Part shown: piece by piece, positions 13,344-21,825 of the stretch
How the letters are laid out: each line of letters opens with the position of its first letter
How positions within the stretch are numbered: the stretch's first letter is position 1
Virus record (IMG/VR): IMGVR_UViG_3300012348_000004
Span: 1-33,717 of that record
Reading direction: 5' to 3' (one strand)
DNA: 33,717 bases
From: a virus
Lineage: Duplodnaviria; Caudoviricetes
The notes under the pieces: model-generated
What the model was told of the DNA's origin: nothing
Database searches by the model: none
What the model saw: the letters and a program-made list of their open reading frames with translations, nothing else
Position numbers and translations under genes: made by a program

Positions 13344-15314
13344 ATGGAATTCCAAGAACCTAGCGATTCAGACAAAGAACTAACCGCCTTTGTTGTTAAC
13401 CATTGTGATCGCTGGCGTGATTACCGAGACACCAACTACCTAGAAGAATGGCTTGAGTATGAGCGTATCTTCAATGGTGAATGGGCTGTTGAGGATAAAA
13501 CTCGTGATTCCGAGCGTTCAAGAATCGTTACTCCCGCTACCCAACAAGCCGTAGAAACCCGCCATGCCGAAATCATGGAGGCTATCTTTGGTCAAGGTGA
13601 GTTCTTTGACATTCAAGACGATATTCGTGATGTCAACAACAATCCATTAGATGTTGCTGCTATCAAGGCTCAACTAATGGAAGACTTCAAGGTTGATAAG
13701 ATTCGTAAATCTATTGACCAAATTGAGTTGTTGGCAGAACTCTATGGTACTGGTATCGGTGAGATTGTTGTCAAAACAGAGAAAATCTTTGTTCCCGCTA
13801 CTCAAGCAATCCCTGGTCAAATGGGACAAGCGGCTATTGGTGTTGTCGAAAAAGACCGCATTGCCGTAAAGATTGTTCCTGTTAACCCTAGAAACTTCTT
13901 GTTCGACCCTAACGGCACATCGATTGATGACTGTATGGGTGTGGCTGTAGAGAAGTATGTTTCTATCCACAAAGTCGTTAAAGGTCAGGAAGATGGTATC
14001 TATCGCAAGGTACAAATTGGTACTGATTCGATGGATACAGACTTAGAGCCTACTCAAGAGATTACACAGTACGAAGACGACAAAGTTAAGTTGTTGACAT
14101 ACTATGGTTTAGTTCCTAGGGAATACCTTGAGCAACTTGAAAACGAAGATGGCGAAGTAGAAGACTTGTTCCCTGAAGACTCTGTTCAGGACGAGTATTC
14201 CGATCTGGTTGAGGCAATTGTTGTGATTGCCAATGATGGTGTTCTTCTGAAGGCAGAAAAGAACCCATACATGATGAAAGACCGCCCAATCCTTGCGTAT
14301 CAGGACGACACAGTTCCTAATCGCTTGTTGGGTCGTGGTACTGTAGAGAAGGCTTACAACTCACAGAAGGCTATTGATGCCCAAGTGCGTAGCCACTTAG
14401 ACTCTTTGGCGCTGACTACAAGCCCAATGATGGCTATGGATGCTACTCGCTTGCCTCGTGGTGCTAAGTTTGAAGTTAAACCAGGCAAAGCTATCCTGAC
14501 AAACGGCAATCCTAATGAGATTTTGTTCCCATTCAAGTTTGGCAATACTGATGGCTCTAACCTGACGACTGCTAAAGAGTTTGAGCGTATGCTTTTACAA
14601 GCTACTGGTACGCTAGATTCTCAGGGAATGGTGTCTGCTGTATCTCGTGATGCAGGTCAAGGTGGTATTTCGATGGCTGTTGCCTCGATTATCAAGAAAT
14701 ACAAGCGTACATTGGTGAACTTCCAAGAGGATTTCATGATCCCCTTCATCACCAAAGCAACATACCGCTATATGCAGTTCGACCCAGAGCGTTATCCTAC
14801 TGTGGACATGAAGTTTATTCCGACTGCCGCATTGGGAATCATTGCTCGTGAGCATGAACAACAGCAGTTTATTGCGCTTTTGCAGACCCTTGGCCCAAAT
14901 ACTCCTGTTTTGCCAGTCATTCTCAAAGGAATCATGGCAAATTCCTCTCTGTCAAACCGATTTGAGTTGATTGAGATGCTCGACAAGATGTCACAAGGCG
15001 ATCCACAAGCCCAACAAGCTCAAGCAATGCAACAACAGTTGGCTATGCAGTTGGCTCAGGCTCAGATTGCTGTCCAAACGACTCAAGCAAAACAGAACGA
15101 AGCTGAGGCTCAGAAGCTGTTAACAGAGGCTCAGTTGATGCCTATTGAGTTGCAAGCTAAGAGCATGGCTGCTACTACTAAGAATCTGCCAAACGAAGAT
15201 GCTTTGGCTTCTAAAGAGTTTGATAAACGAGTCAAGATTGCTGAATTGATGCTCAAAGAAGCGGATATTCAAAACAAGGCTAAGATTGTTGAAAAACAGA
15301 TGACTAAACAATGA
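13344..15314 (+). CDS. Portal protein with a Gln-rich C-terminal helical extension
   Basis: 656 aa directly after TerL; LYGTGI.EI and GRGTVEK..NSQ..ID motifs. Confidence 0.85.
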   Translation: MEFQEPSDSDKELTAFVVNHCDRWRDYRDTNYLEEWLEYERIFNGEWAVEDKTRDSERSRIVTPATQQAVETRHAEIMEAIFGQGEFFDIQDDIRDVNNNPLDVAAIKAQLMEDFKVDKIRKSIDQIELLAELYGTGIGEIVVKTEKIFVPATQAIPGQMGQAAIGVVEKDRIAVKIVPVNPRNFLFDPNGTSIDDCMGVAVEKYVSIHKVVKGQEDGIYRKVQIGTDSMDTDLEPTQEITQYEDDKVKLLTYYGLVPREYLEQLENEDGEVEDLFPEDSVQDEYSDLVEAIVVIANDGVLLKAEKNPYMMKDRPILAYQDDTVPNRLLGRGTVEKAYNSQKAIDAQVRSHLDSLALTTSPMMAMDATRLPRGAKFEVKPGKAILTNGNPNEILFPFKFGNTDGSNLTTAKEFERMLLQATGTLDSQGMVSAVSRDAGQGGISMAVASIIKKYKRTLVNFQEDFMIPFITKATYRYMQFDPERYPTVDMKFIPTAALGIIAREHEQQQFIALLQTLGPNTPVLPVILKGIMANSSLSNRFELIEMLDKMSQGDPQAQQAQAMQQQLAMQLAQAQIAVQTTQAKQNEAEAQKLLTEAQLMPIELQAKSMAATTKNLPNEDALASKEFDKRVKIAELMLKEADIQNKAKIVEKQMTKQ

Positions 15315-15550
15315 CCCCTGAACTGCAACGTTACTATGAGGATAGGTTCACCACTATGTCCACTCAAGGTTGGGTGGATTTAATGGAGGATATTGACAAG
15401 ATGATTGAACCTTTGAATAATATTTCAACAATTGCAGATGAAAAGACTCTACAATTTCGTAAAGGTGAGTTATCAATACTTATTTGGCTGAAAAACTTGA
15501 AACAAGTCAGCGAGCGAGCATTTGAGGACTTAAATGAAAAGAATGTATGA
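15311..15550 (+). CDS. Hypothetical head-region protein
   Basis: 79 aa; ATGA-coupled to the portal gene. Confidence 0.7.
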   Translation: MTPELQRYYEDRFTTMSTQGWVDLMEDIDKMIEPLNNISTIADEKTLQFRKGELSILIWLKNLKQVSERAFEDLNEKNV

Positions 15551-15761
15551 ATTCGCCTGTGTAAATGGGCATAAAACAGAGAGATTTGTTGATTATGAGG
15601 CAACAATTCTCAAATGTGAGTGCGGTGAGGAAACTCATCGTGTTCTATCCGCGCCAGCATTTCGACTAGAAGGTTGGTCTGGCTCTTTCCCAACGGCTTA
15701 TAGCAAGTTTGGCAAGAGTCATACTGACAAGTTGAAGGCTGAACGCAAAGCCAACTCATAA
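15534..15761 (+). CDS. FmdB-like zinc-ribbon protein
   Basis: MYEFAC..GH...C.CG....RVLSAP.F.L.G. Confidence 0.65.
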   Translation: MKRMYEFACVNGHKTERFVDYEATILKCECGEETHRVLSAPAFRLEGWSGSFPTAYSKFGKSHTDKLKAERKANS

Positions 15762-15818
15762 GCAATTATGCCGAGTTGAATCTCCTACAACCGAAAGCGG
15801 CAGGAAAAGGAAATTAGT

Positions 15819-16562
15819 ATGTTGATTGACGATGACAAAGAAGTGTTTAGTGAGTTAGAAATTGAAGAGCAGAAGATCGCTCAAAAGGCTGAACTTCCTG
15901 AGAAATACAGGGACAAAAGTTTAGACGAGATTGTGAAGATGCACCAAGAAGCTGAGAAGCTCATTGGAAAGCAAGCACAAGAAGTGGGTGAAGTCCGTAA
16001 GCTCGCAGATGAACTCCTAAAACAGAACCTTAGTTCAAGACAGCAACAAACAAAAACGGAAGAGCCTGAAGTAGATTTCTTTGAGAATCCACAGAAGGCA
16101 GTTCAACGGACAGTTGATAGTCACCCTGACATCATTGCGGCACGACAAGTGACGTTAGAGATGAAAAAGGCACAGATTCAGCAGAAGTTGGCTCAAGAAC
16201 ATCCCGATTTTGGCGACATCGCTAAAGATCAGGACTTTGCAAACTGGGTGAAGTCTAGCCCTGTGCGTCTAAAGTTGTTTGAGCAAGCAGACTCTGGATA
16301 TGATTACGACTCAGCTAATGAACTGCTGTCTACTTACAAGCAACTTCGTAGCGTGAAGACTAAGCAAGCAAGTGATGCTGGAGAAGCCACTCGCAAGCAG
16401 AATCTAAAGGCTGTTGGAGTTGATGTTGGTGGTTCTGGAGAATCTTCTAAGAAGGTTTATCGTAGGGCTGACCTTATTCGGCTGAAAATGCAAGACCCTG
16501 GTCGTTATGAGATGCTGAGTGACGAGATCATGCAAGCGTACTCAGAAGGCCGAGTTAAGTAA
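15819..16562 (+). CDS. Capsid scaffolding protein
   Basis: Acidic, helical 247 aa directly before the capsid gene; ends AYSEGRVK. Confidence 0.75.
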   Translation: MLIDDDKEVFSELEIEEQKIAQKAELPEKYRDKSLDEIVKMHQEAEKLIGKQAQEVGEVRKLADELLKQNLSSRQQQTKTEEPEVDFFENPQKAVQRTVDSHPDIIAARQVTLEMKKAQIQQKLAQEHPDFGDIAKDQDFANWVKSSPVRLKLFEQADSGYDYDSANELLSTYKQLRSVKTKQASDAGEATRKQNLKAVGVDVGGSGESSKKVYRRADLIRLKMQDPGRYEMLSDEIMQAYSEGRVK

Positions 16563-16589
16563 CTTTTTTTTAATTTTGGAGATTTAATC

Positions 16590-17564
16590 ATGGCAAATAC
16601 CGCCTTTTCCCCCACAAATAGTGTAACCACTACATCCGCAGCTAACTTCATTCCAGAGATTTGGAGTGATGAAATTGTTGCCGCCTATAAAAAGAACCTC
16701 GTATTGGCCAACTTGGTCAAGAAGATGTCTTTCAAAGGCAAAAAGGGTGACACAGTTAATATTCCTAGCCCTGCTCGTGGTAATGCTTCTGCTAAAGCCG
16801 CTACAGATGCAGTTACTCTGATTGCTGAAAGCGACACTAACATTCAAGTGTTGATCAACAAGCACTATGAGTACTCACGTTTGATCGAAGACATCGTCGA
16901 AGTTCAAGCTCTGACATCTTTGCGTTCTTTCTACACAGAAGACGCAGGTTATGCCTTGGCTAAGCGCATCGATACAGACTTGGTTCAATTGGGTCGTGCT
17001 TTCAATGGCGCTACAGTTGGTACTGACGACTATGCAACAAGCAATACAACCACTAAAGCCTATATCGGCTCTGATGGTACTACTGCTTACAACAGCACAT
17101 CTTCAAATGCAGCCGCTTTGACAGATGCCGCTATTCGTCGCACTATTCAGCGTTTGGACGACAACGACATTCCTATGGATGGTCGTTTCTTCCTGATTCC
17201 TCCTTCAAGCCGCAACACTTTGATGGGTCTGGCTCGTTACACCGAGCAAGCCTTCATTGGTAATGGCGATGCGATCCGCAATGGTGAAATCGGTCAACTG
17301 TACGGCATGGCTGTGTTCGCTACATCCAATGCTGATACTGGTGCTGGTTCTTCTGGTACAGACCGCATCTGCTTGATGGGCCACAAAGACTCTATGGTCT
17401 TGGTTGAGCAATTGGGTATCCGTTCACAGACTCAGTACAAGCAAGAGTACCTTGGTACATTGTTTACTGCTGACACTCTGTATGGTGTGAAGGCTTTGCG
17501 TACAGCCGCATCTAGCTCTGCAGCTAATGCTTCTGGCGCTTACGCTTTGGCAGTTCCTGCTTAA
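16590..17564 (+). CDS. Major capsid protein (HK97 fold, P22 coat-like)
   Basis: FIPEIWS, KGDTVNIP, AGYALA..ID, G.IG.LYG and D.LYGVK motifs; followed by a terminator. Confidence 0.9.
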   Translation: MANTAFSPTNSVTTTSAANFIPEIWSDEIVAAYKKNLVLANLVKKMSFKGKKGDTVNIPSPARGNASAKAATDAVTLIAESDTNIQVLINKHYEYSRLIEDIVEVQALTSLRSFYTEDAGYALAKRIDTDLVQLGRAFNGATVGTDDYATSNTTTKAYIGSDGTTAYNSTSSNAAALTDAAIRRTIQRLDDNDIPMDGRFFLIPPSSRNTLMGLARYTEQAFIGNGDAIRNGEIGQLYGMAVFATSNADTGAGSSGTDRICLMGHKDSMVLVEQLGIRSQTQYKQEYLGTLFTADTLYGVKALRTAASSSAANASGAYALAVPA

Positions 17565-17576
17565 TTGTTGCCACTT

Positions 17577-17606
17577 CTCCCCTGTCTTCGGATGGGGGAG
17601 TTTTTT
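17577..17606 (+). terminator. Intrinsic terminator after the capsid gene
   Basis: CTCCCCTGTC-TTCG-GATGGGGGAG-TTTTTT (cUUCGg loop). Confidence 0.9.
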
Positions 17607-17628
17607 CTTAATTTAGGAGGAATTCATT

Positions 17629-17952
17629 ATGGCAACCGCATCTTCAGTTGTATCACGTCGTGGTAACGACCAGTTCCGTGGCTTGTTTAGCGACACATGG
17701 GCTGTAACAGCAACTTTGAACGCAGGTTCTTTGGTTGATGGTGCAGGCGAGACAGACGATGTAACAGTACCAGGCGTAGCCCTTGGCGACATGGTTCTTT
17801 GCTCATCTTTGGCAGTTGACTTGGTTGGTTTGACAGTAACAGGTTATGTTTCTGCCGCTAACACAGTTAAGTTCCGCATTCAGAATGAGTCTGGCTCTAC
17901 TGTTGACTTGGCTTCTGCGACAATGGACATTATTATTGTTCGCATGGTCTAA
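17629..17952 (+). CDS. Putative head decoration/cement protein
   Basis: 107 aa beta-rich, VTVPGVALGD..V and VSAANTV motifs; AGGAGG SD; flanked by terminators. Confidence 0.6.
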   Translation: MATASSVVSRRGNDQFRGLFSDTWAVTATLNAGSLVDGAGETDDVTVPGVALGDMVLCSSLAVDLVGLTVTGYVSAANTVKFRIQNESGSTVDLASATMDIIIVRMV

Positions 17953-17955
17953 TCT

Positions 17956-17982
17956 AAAGGGGGCTAATAACCCCCTTTTCTT
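17956..17982 (+). terminator. Intrinsic terminator (possibly bidirectional)
   Basis: AAAGGGGG-CTAATAA-CCCCCTTTTCTT. Confidence 0.7.
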
Positions 17983-17993
17983 CGGAGATTCTT

Positions 17994-18191
17994 ATGGCTA
18001 CCTTTAAGTGCTTACAAAGTGGGCAAACAGTAACTTTCACGCTTCAACATGATATTGATAGCATGAAGGGTCATGCAGGTTATGTCAGAATTGACGAAGA
18101 GCAAAAAGAGTCTTTTGAAAAGCCTTTAATATTATCTCAACCACAGCCTGTCAAGAAGATGGGTCGTCCAAGGAAGACCGCAAATGTCTGA
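17994..18191 (+). CDS. Hypothetical protein with an AT-hook-like tail
   Basis: 65 aa; KKMGRPRK; GGAG SD. Confidence 0.7.
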   Translation: MATFKCLQSGQTVTFTLQHDIDSMKGHAGYVRIDEEQKESFEKPLILSQPQPVKKMGRPRKTANV

Positions 18192-18387
18192 GATTGATCC
18201 ACGAGAATTCGGTAAGTTAGAAGCCCAAGTAGAGGCTCTACAGTCTGAAGTTCATGCTATGCGAGAAGATATTAAAGCCCTTTTGGAGATGGCAAATCGT
18301 TCTAAAGGCGGTATGTTTGTTGGTATGGCGATAGCATCTGTACTAGGTGGTATTGTTTCTTTTGTTGCAACCAAGATGATTCGTTAA
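18184..18387 (+). CDS. Coiled-coil protein with a C-terminal transmembrane helix
   Basis: Heptad segment then GGMFVGMAIASVLGGIVSFVA. Confidence 0.7.
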   Translation: MSEIDPREFGKLEAQVEALQSEVHAMREDIKALLEMANRSKGGMFVGMAIASVLGGIVSFVATKMIR

Positions 18388-18396
18388 GGAGAAATC

Positions 18397-18558
18397 ATGT
18401 ACGGAAAAACCAAGATGACTAGCTCTAAGATGCCTAAAAAAGAGAAAAAGACTGCTCCTTTGGCTATTATGATTGCTGTTGGTAAGCCTCGTGCTATGCC
18501 TACTCGTGGTGGTCGTACAGCGACTAACATGATGAAGAAATCAGGTCGTGGCAAATGA
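18397..18558 (+). CDS. Small basic protein (53 aa), not in ORF track
   Basis: MYGKTKMTSSKMPKKEKK...RGGRTATNMMKKSGRGK; AAGGAG SD. Confidence 0.7.
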   Translation: MYGKTKMTSSKMPKKEKKTAPLAIMIAVGKPRAMPTRGGRTATNMMKKSGRGK

Positions 18559-18719
18559 AAAAGACCAAAGCAGAGGCAAAAATCTCTAAGGTCATTCGAG
18601 AGTATAAAGCAGGTACTCTGCACTCTGGCAAGGGTGGCCCTGTGGTCAAGAAGCCTAAACAGGCGGTTGCCATTGCATTGAGTTCTGTTGGTATGTCTAA
18701 GCCAAGGAAAAAGAAATGA
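18555..18719 (+). CDS. Small basic protein (54 aa) resembling DUF6496, not in ORF track
   Basis: KISKVIREYKAGTLHSG...KQAVAIALS; ATGA-coupled. Confidence 0.7.
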   Translation: MKKTKAEAKISKVIREYKAGTLHSGKGGPVVKKPKQAVAIALSSVGMSKPRKKK

Positions 18720-18862
18720 AACAGGGTCTCTATGCCAATATCAATGCCAAACGAGAGCGTATCAAGGCGGGCTCTGGCGAAAAGATGCGCAAGGTAGGCT
18801 CAAAAGGCGCTCCTACTGCCAAAGACTTCAAACAAGCGGCTAAGACTGCTAAGAAGAAATGA
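18716..18862 (+). CDS. Small basic protein (48 aa), not in ORF track
   Basis: MKQGLYANINAKRERIKAGSGEKMRKVGSKGAPTAKDFKQAAKTAKKK; ATGA-coupled. Confidence 0.7.
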   Translation: MKQGLYANINAKRERIKAGSGEKMRKVGSKGAPTAKDFKQAAKTAKKK

Positions 18863-19008
18863 GCAAAACATCTACACATTATTTGCCTAATGGAAAGCCC
18901 TACAAAGGCCCTGTCCATAAAGAAGGTGGTGTCTTGATGTCAGGTGCAAAACATACTAGCACCAGTAAAAATCTTACTCATATACCTCCTAAAAAGCCAA
19001 AAAAATGA
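18859..19008 (+). CDS. Small basic His-containing protein (49 aa), not in ORF track
   Basis: MSKTSTHYLPNGKPYKGPVHKEGGVLMSGAKHTSTSKNLTHIPPKKPKK; ATGA-coupled. Confidence 0.7.
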   Translation: MSKTSTHYLPNGKPYKGPVHKEGGVLMSGAKHTSTSKNLTHIPPKKPKK

Positions 19009-19298
19009 AGACTCCTGCTTGGCAAAGAAAAGAAGGAAAATCTGCTTCTGGGGGCTTGAATGCCAAAGGAAGAGCATCGTATAATGCAGAAACAGGTGGT
19101 AATTTAAAAGCACCAGTCAAGTCGGGAGATAACCCTCGTAGGGCATCCTTTTTAGCACGAATGGGCAATATGCCTGGCGCTGAGATGAAAGATGGAAAGC
19201 CTACCCGACTTTTACTTTCTCTTAGAGCTTGGGGAGCATCGTCCAAGGAAGACGCTAAAGCTAAGGCTAAAGCGATCTCTAAGAGGAATAAGAAGTGA
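19005..19298 (+). CDS. Basic protein resembling DUF6321
   Basis: AWQRKEGK...GGLNAKGRASY...RRASFLARM. Confidence 0.7.
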   Translation: MKTPAWQRKEGKSASGGLNAKGRASYNAETGGNLKAPVKSGDNPRRASFLARMGNMPGAEMKDGKPTRLLLSLRAWGASSKEDAKAKAKAISKRNKK

Positions 19299-19630
19299 GA
19301 CCAGTTTCAGTCGGATCAACGCCAACAGCGGCAACATTGACTACTGTTTATACAGTACCGACTGGCTATTACGCTCTTTTTAACCTAATGTACCTTCACA
19401 ATACAACAGGCTCGACCAAGACAATTACTGCTCAATGGTACGATGCAAGTGCCTCAACTTCTTACGATATTCTTACAGGCTATAGTATGGGTTCTAAAGA
19501 GTATTTGAAGTTTGATGGTGGTGCTTACATTGTGATGGAAGAGGGCGACCAATTCAGAGTAACAACTGAGTCTGGTAGCACATTCTCTGTACTTGGTACA
19601 TTTGAGCTATATGGAGCGCAACGAACATGA
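19295..19630 (+). CDS. Putative small virion structural protein
   Basis: GTG start overlapping the upstream TGA; Thr-rich beta sandwich pattern (T.VYTVP...GD..RV). Confidence 0.6.
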   Translation: MRPVSVGSTPTAATLTTVYTVPTGYYALFNLMYLHNTTGSTKTITAQWYDASASTSYDILTGYSMGSKEYLKFDGGAYIVMEEGDQFRVTTESGSTFSVLGTFELYGAQRT

Positions 19631-20271
19631 CCTACTTAGAACTTGTTAACGATGTGCTAATTCGCTTGCGTGAAAGCACAGTATCTACTGTTGGCGAAAC
19701 AACATATTCTTCTTTGATTGGCAAGTTTGTCAATGATGCCAAACGTCAGATCGAAGACACATATACTTGGAATTGCCTGTCACAAACAGTAACAATTTCA
19801 ACTACTGGTGGCACACATTCTTATTCTTTGACTGGTGTTGGTCAAAAGTTCCGTGTGATGGATGCTCTGAATACAACTAGCAATGTTGTGATGGGTGATG
19901 TTCCTTTCACGAGCATGAATCGTAAGTTGAACTTTGTAACTCCTGTTCAAGGAATTCCCTCTGAATACTGCTACAACGGAGTAGATTCTAGTGGCGATAC
20001 AAAGATTGATTTGTACCCAATTCCTGATGGCGCTTACACAATCTTGTTTGATGTGATTGTCCCTCAAGCTAATCTCTCTTCTGACAGCACCACAGTCAAA
20101 GTCTTGGACTATTTGGTGACTCAGAGTGCTTATGCTCGTGCTTTGATTGAGCGTGGTGAGGATGGAGGAACTAACTCTTCCGAGGCTTATGCTTTGTTCA
20201 GAGGGATGCTTGCTGATGCTATTGCAATGGAAAGCACTCGTTATCCTGAAGACAATTTTGAGGCAGTCTAA
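19627..20271 (+). CDS. Head-tail adaptor (tail tubular A-like)
   Basis: MTYLELVN.VL.RLRE...FVNDA.R.I.D...W; LYPIPD; precedes the nozzle gene. Confidence 0.7.
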   Translation: MTYLELVNDVLIRLRESTVSTVGETTYSSLIGKFVNDAKRQIEDTYTWNCLSQTVTISTTGGTHSYSLTGVGQKFRVMDALNTTSNVVMGDVPFTSMNRKLNFVTPVQGIPSEYCYNGVDSSGDTKIDLYPIPDGAYTILFDVIVPQANLSSDSTTVKVLDYLVTQSAYARALIERGEDGGTNSSEAYALFRGMLADAIAMESTRYPEDNFEAV

Positions 20272-21815
20272 TGGCAGCGCCACTACAAAGTTACAGTCTT
20301 TCAGCACCAGGCTTCTATGGCCTGAATACTGAAGATTCGCCCTTAGATTTAGGGTCTGGCTTTGCTTTAGTTGCTACAAACTGCATCCTTGACCAATATG
20401 GTCGTATTGGTGCTAGAAAAGGTTGGACAAAGGTTAATGCCTCTTCTGGAAACCTTGGTTCTAACGATGTTGGTGTTATCCATGAGTTAGTCCAAATTGA
20501 TGGCACTCTCACAGTACTGTTTGCTGGCAACAATAAGATATTTAAGCTCAATAGCTCAAATGCTGTTGTTGAATTGACCTATGGTGGAGGCGGTACTGCT
20601 CCTACCATTAGCGCAAATAACTGGCAATGTGCAACTCTCAATGGTATCGCATATTTCTTCCAAACTGGTCATGATGCTCTGATTTACGACCCCGCTGTAA
20701 GTACAACTACTTATCGCAGAGTTTCTGAGAAAACAGGCAGTACAGGTACTGTTCCTCAAGCAAACATCTGTATTTCAGCATTTGGTCGTCTGTGGGTGGC
20801 TAATACTGCTACTGACAAGGTAACAGTCACGTTTTCTGACTTAATTGCAGGTCATGTATATTCTGGTGGCACTTCAGGAACATTGGATGTTTCTCGTGTA
20901 TGGCCTAATGGTGCTGACGAAGTGATGGGCTTGGCTGCTCACAATGACTTCTTGTTTATCTTTGGTAAACGACAGATTCTTGTTTACTCCAATGCTTCTA
21001 CACCCGCATCTCTTGTTCTAAGCGACACAGTAGGCTCTATTGGATGTATTGCTAGGGATACCATTCAGAGTATTGGCTCTGATGTTGTTTTCTTGTCAGA
21101 TTCGGGTGTTCGTTCATTGATGAGGACTATCCAAGAGAAGTCTGCTCCTTTGCGGGACATCTCTAAAAATGTTCGTTTTGACCTGAATTCATCTTTAGCA
21201 AGCGAAACATTGGCTAATTTGAAGTCTGTTTACTCAGAAAAAGAAGCCTTCTATTTGCTTGTTTTGCCTGCAACATTCCAAGTTTATTGTTTCGATACCA
21301 AGCAGAATCTGCAAGATGGCTCGTTCCGTGTCACCAAGTGGGACTCTATTGCTCCAACAGCATTGAAGTCACTTAGAAATGGTGATTTGTACATTGGTAA
21401 GAATGGCTACATTGGTAAGTACAACGGCTATTTAGATGACACATCTACTTATCGTTTTGCCTACTATACGAACAATGCTGACTTGGGAAATCCTAACCAG
21501 ATTTCTATTCTCAAAAATGTGACCGCCATTGTGATTGGTGGATCGAACCAGTACTTAACAATTAAGTGGGGATTTGACTATTCTGGCGCTTACCAAGCCG
21601 AGAATATCTACATTCCTACTCAAGTCAGTTATGAATATGGTGTTGCTGAATATAACATTGCTGAATACACAAGTGGTGTTCCTATCAAGACTCTGACCGC
21701 CAATGCTTCAGGTGCGGGAAAGATTGTTCAAACTGGTTATGAAACAACTATTAACAATGTTTCATTTTCTCTGCAAAAGATTGAAATTCAAGCCAAAGAT
21801 GGCAAAATGGGCTAA
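20271..21815 (+). CDS. Tail nozzle / DNA stabilisation protein (P22 gp10-like position)
   Basis: 514 aa beta-propeller-like; IGCIARDTI...G..V.FLS..GV motif. Confidence 0.7.
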   Translation: MAAPLQSYSLSAPGFYGLNTEDSPLDLGSGFALVATNCILDQYGRIGARKGWTKVNASSGNLGSNDVGVIHELVQIDGTLTVLFAGNNKIFKLNSSNAVVELTYGGGGTAPTISANNWQCATLNGIAYFFQTGHDALIYDPAVSTTTYRRVSEKTGSTGTVPQANICISAFGRLWVANTATDKVTVTFSDLIAGHVYSGGTSGTLDVSRVWPNGADEVMGLAAHNDFLFIFGKRQILVYSNASTPASLVLSDTVGSIGCIARDTIQSIGSDVVFLSDSGVRSLMRTIQEKSAPLRDISKNVRFDLNSSLASETLANLKSVYSEKEAFYLLVLPATFQVYCFDTKQNLQDGSFRVTKWDSIAPTALKSLRNGDLYIGKNGYIGKYNGYLDDTSTYRFAYYTNNADLGNPNQISILKNVTAIVIGGSNQYLTIKWGFDYSGAYQAENIYIPTQVSYEYGVAEYNIAEYTSGVPIKTLTANASGAGKIVQTGYETTINNVSFSLQKIEIQAKDGKMG

Positions 21816-21825
21816 GAGGTAAATC

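Noticed and set aside
18999-19008. A-AAA-AAA slippery site fusing two basic ORFs by a -1 shift
   Set aside because: Explained by Lys codons plus an ordinary ATGA overlap; no stimulatory structure identified
18384-19246. Minus-strand ORFs 18384..18623, 18730..18918 and 18989..19246
   Set aside because: Antisense to the coupled chain of basic plus-strand genes
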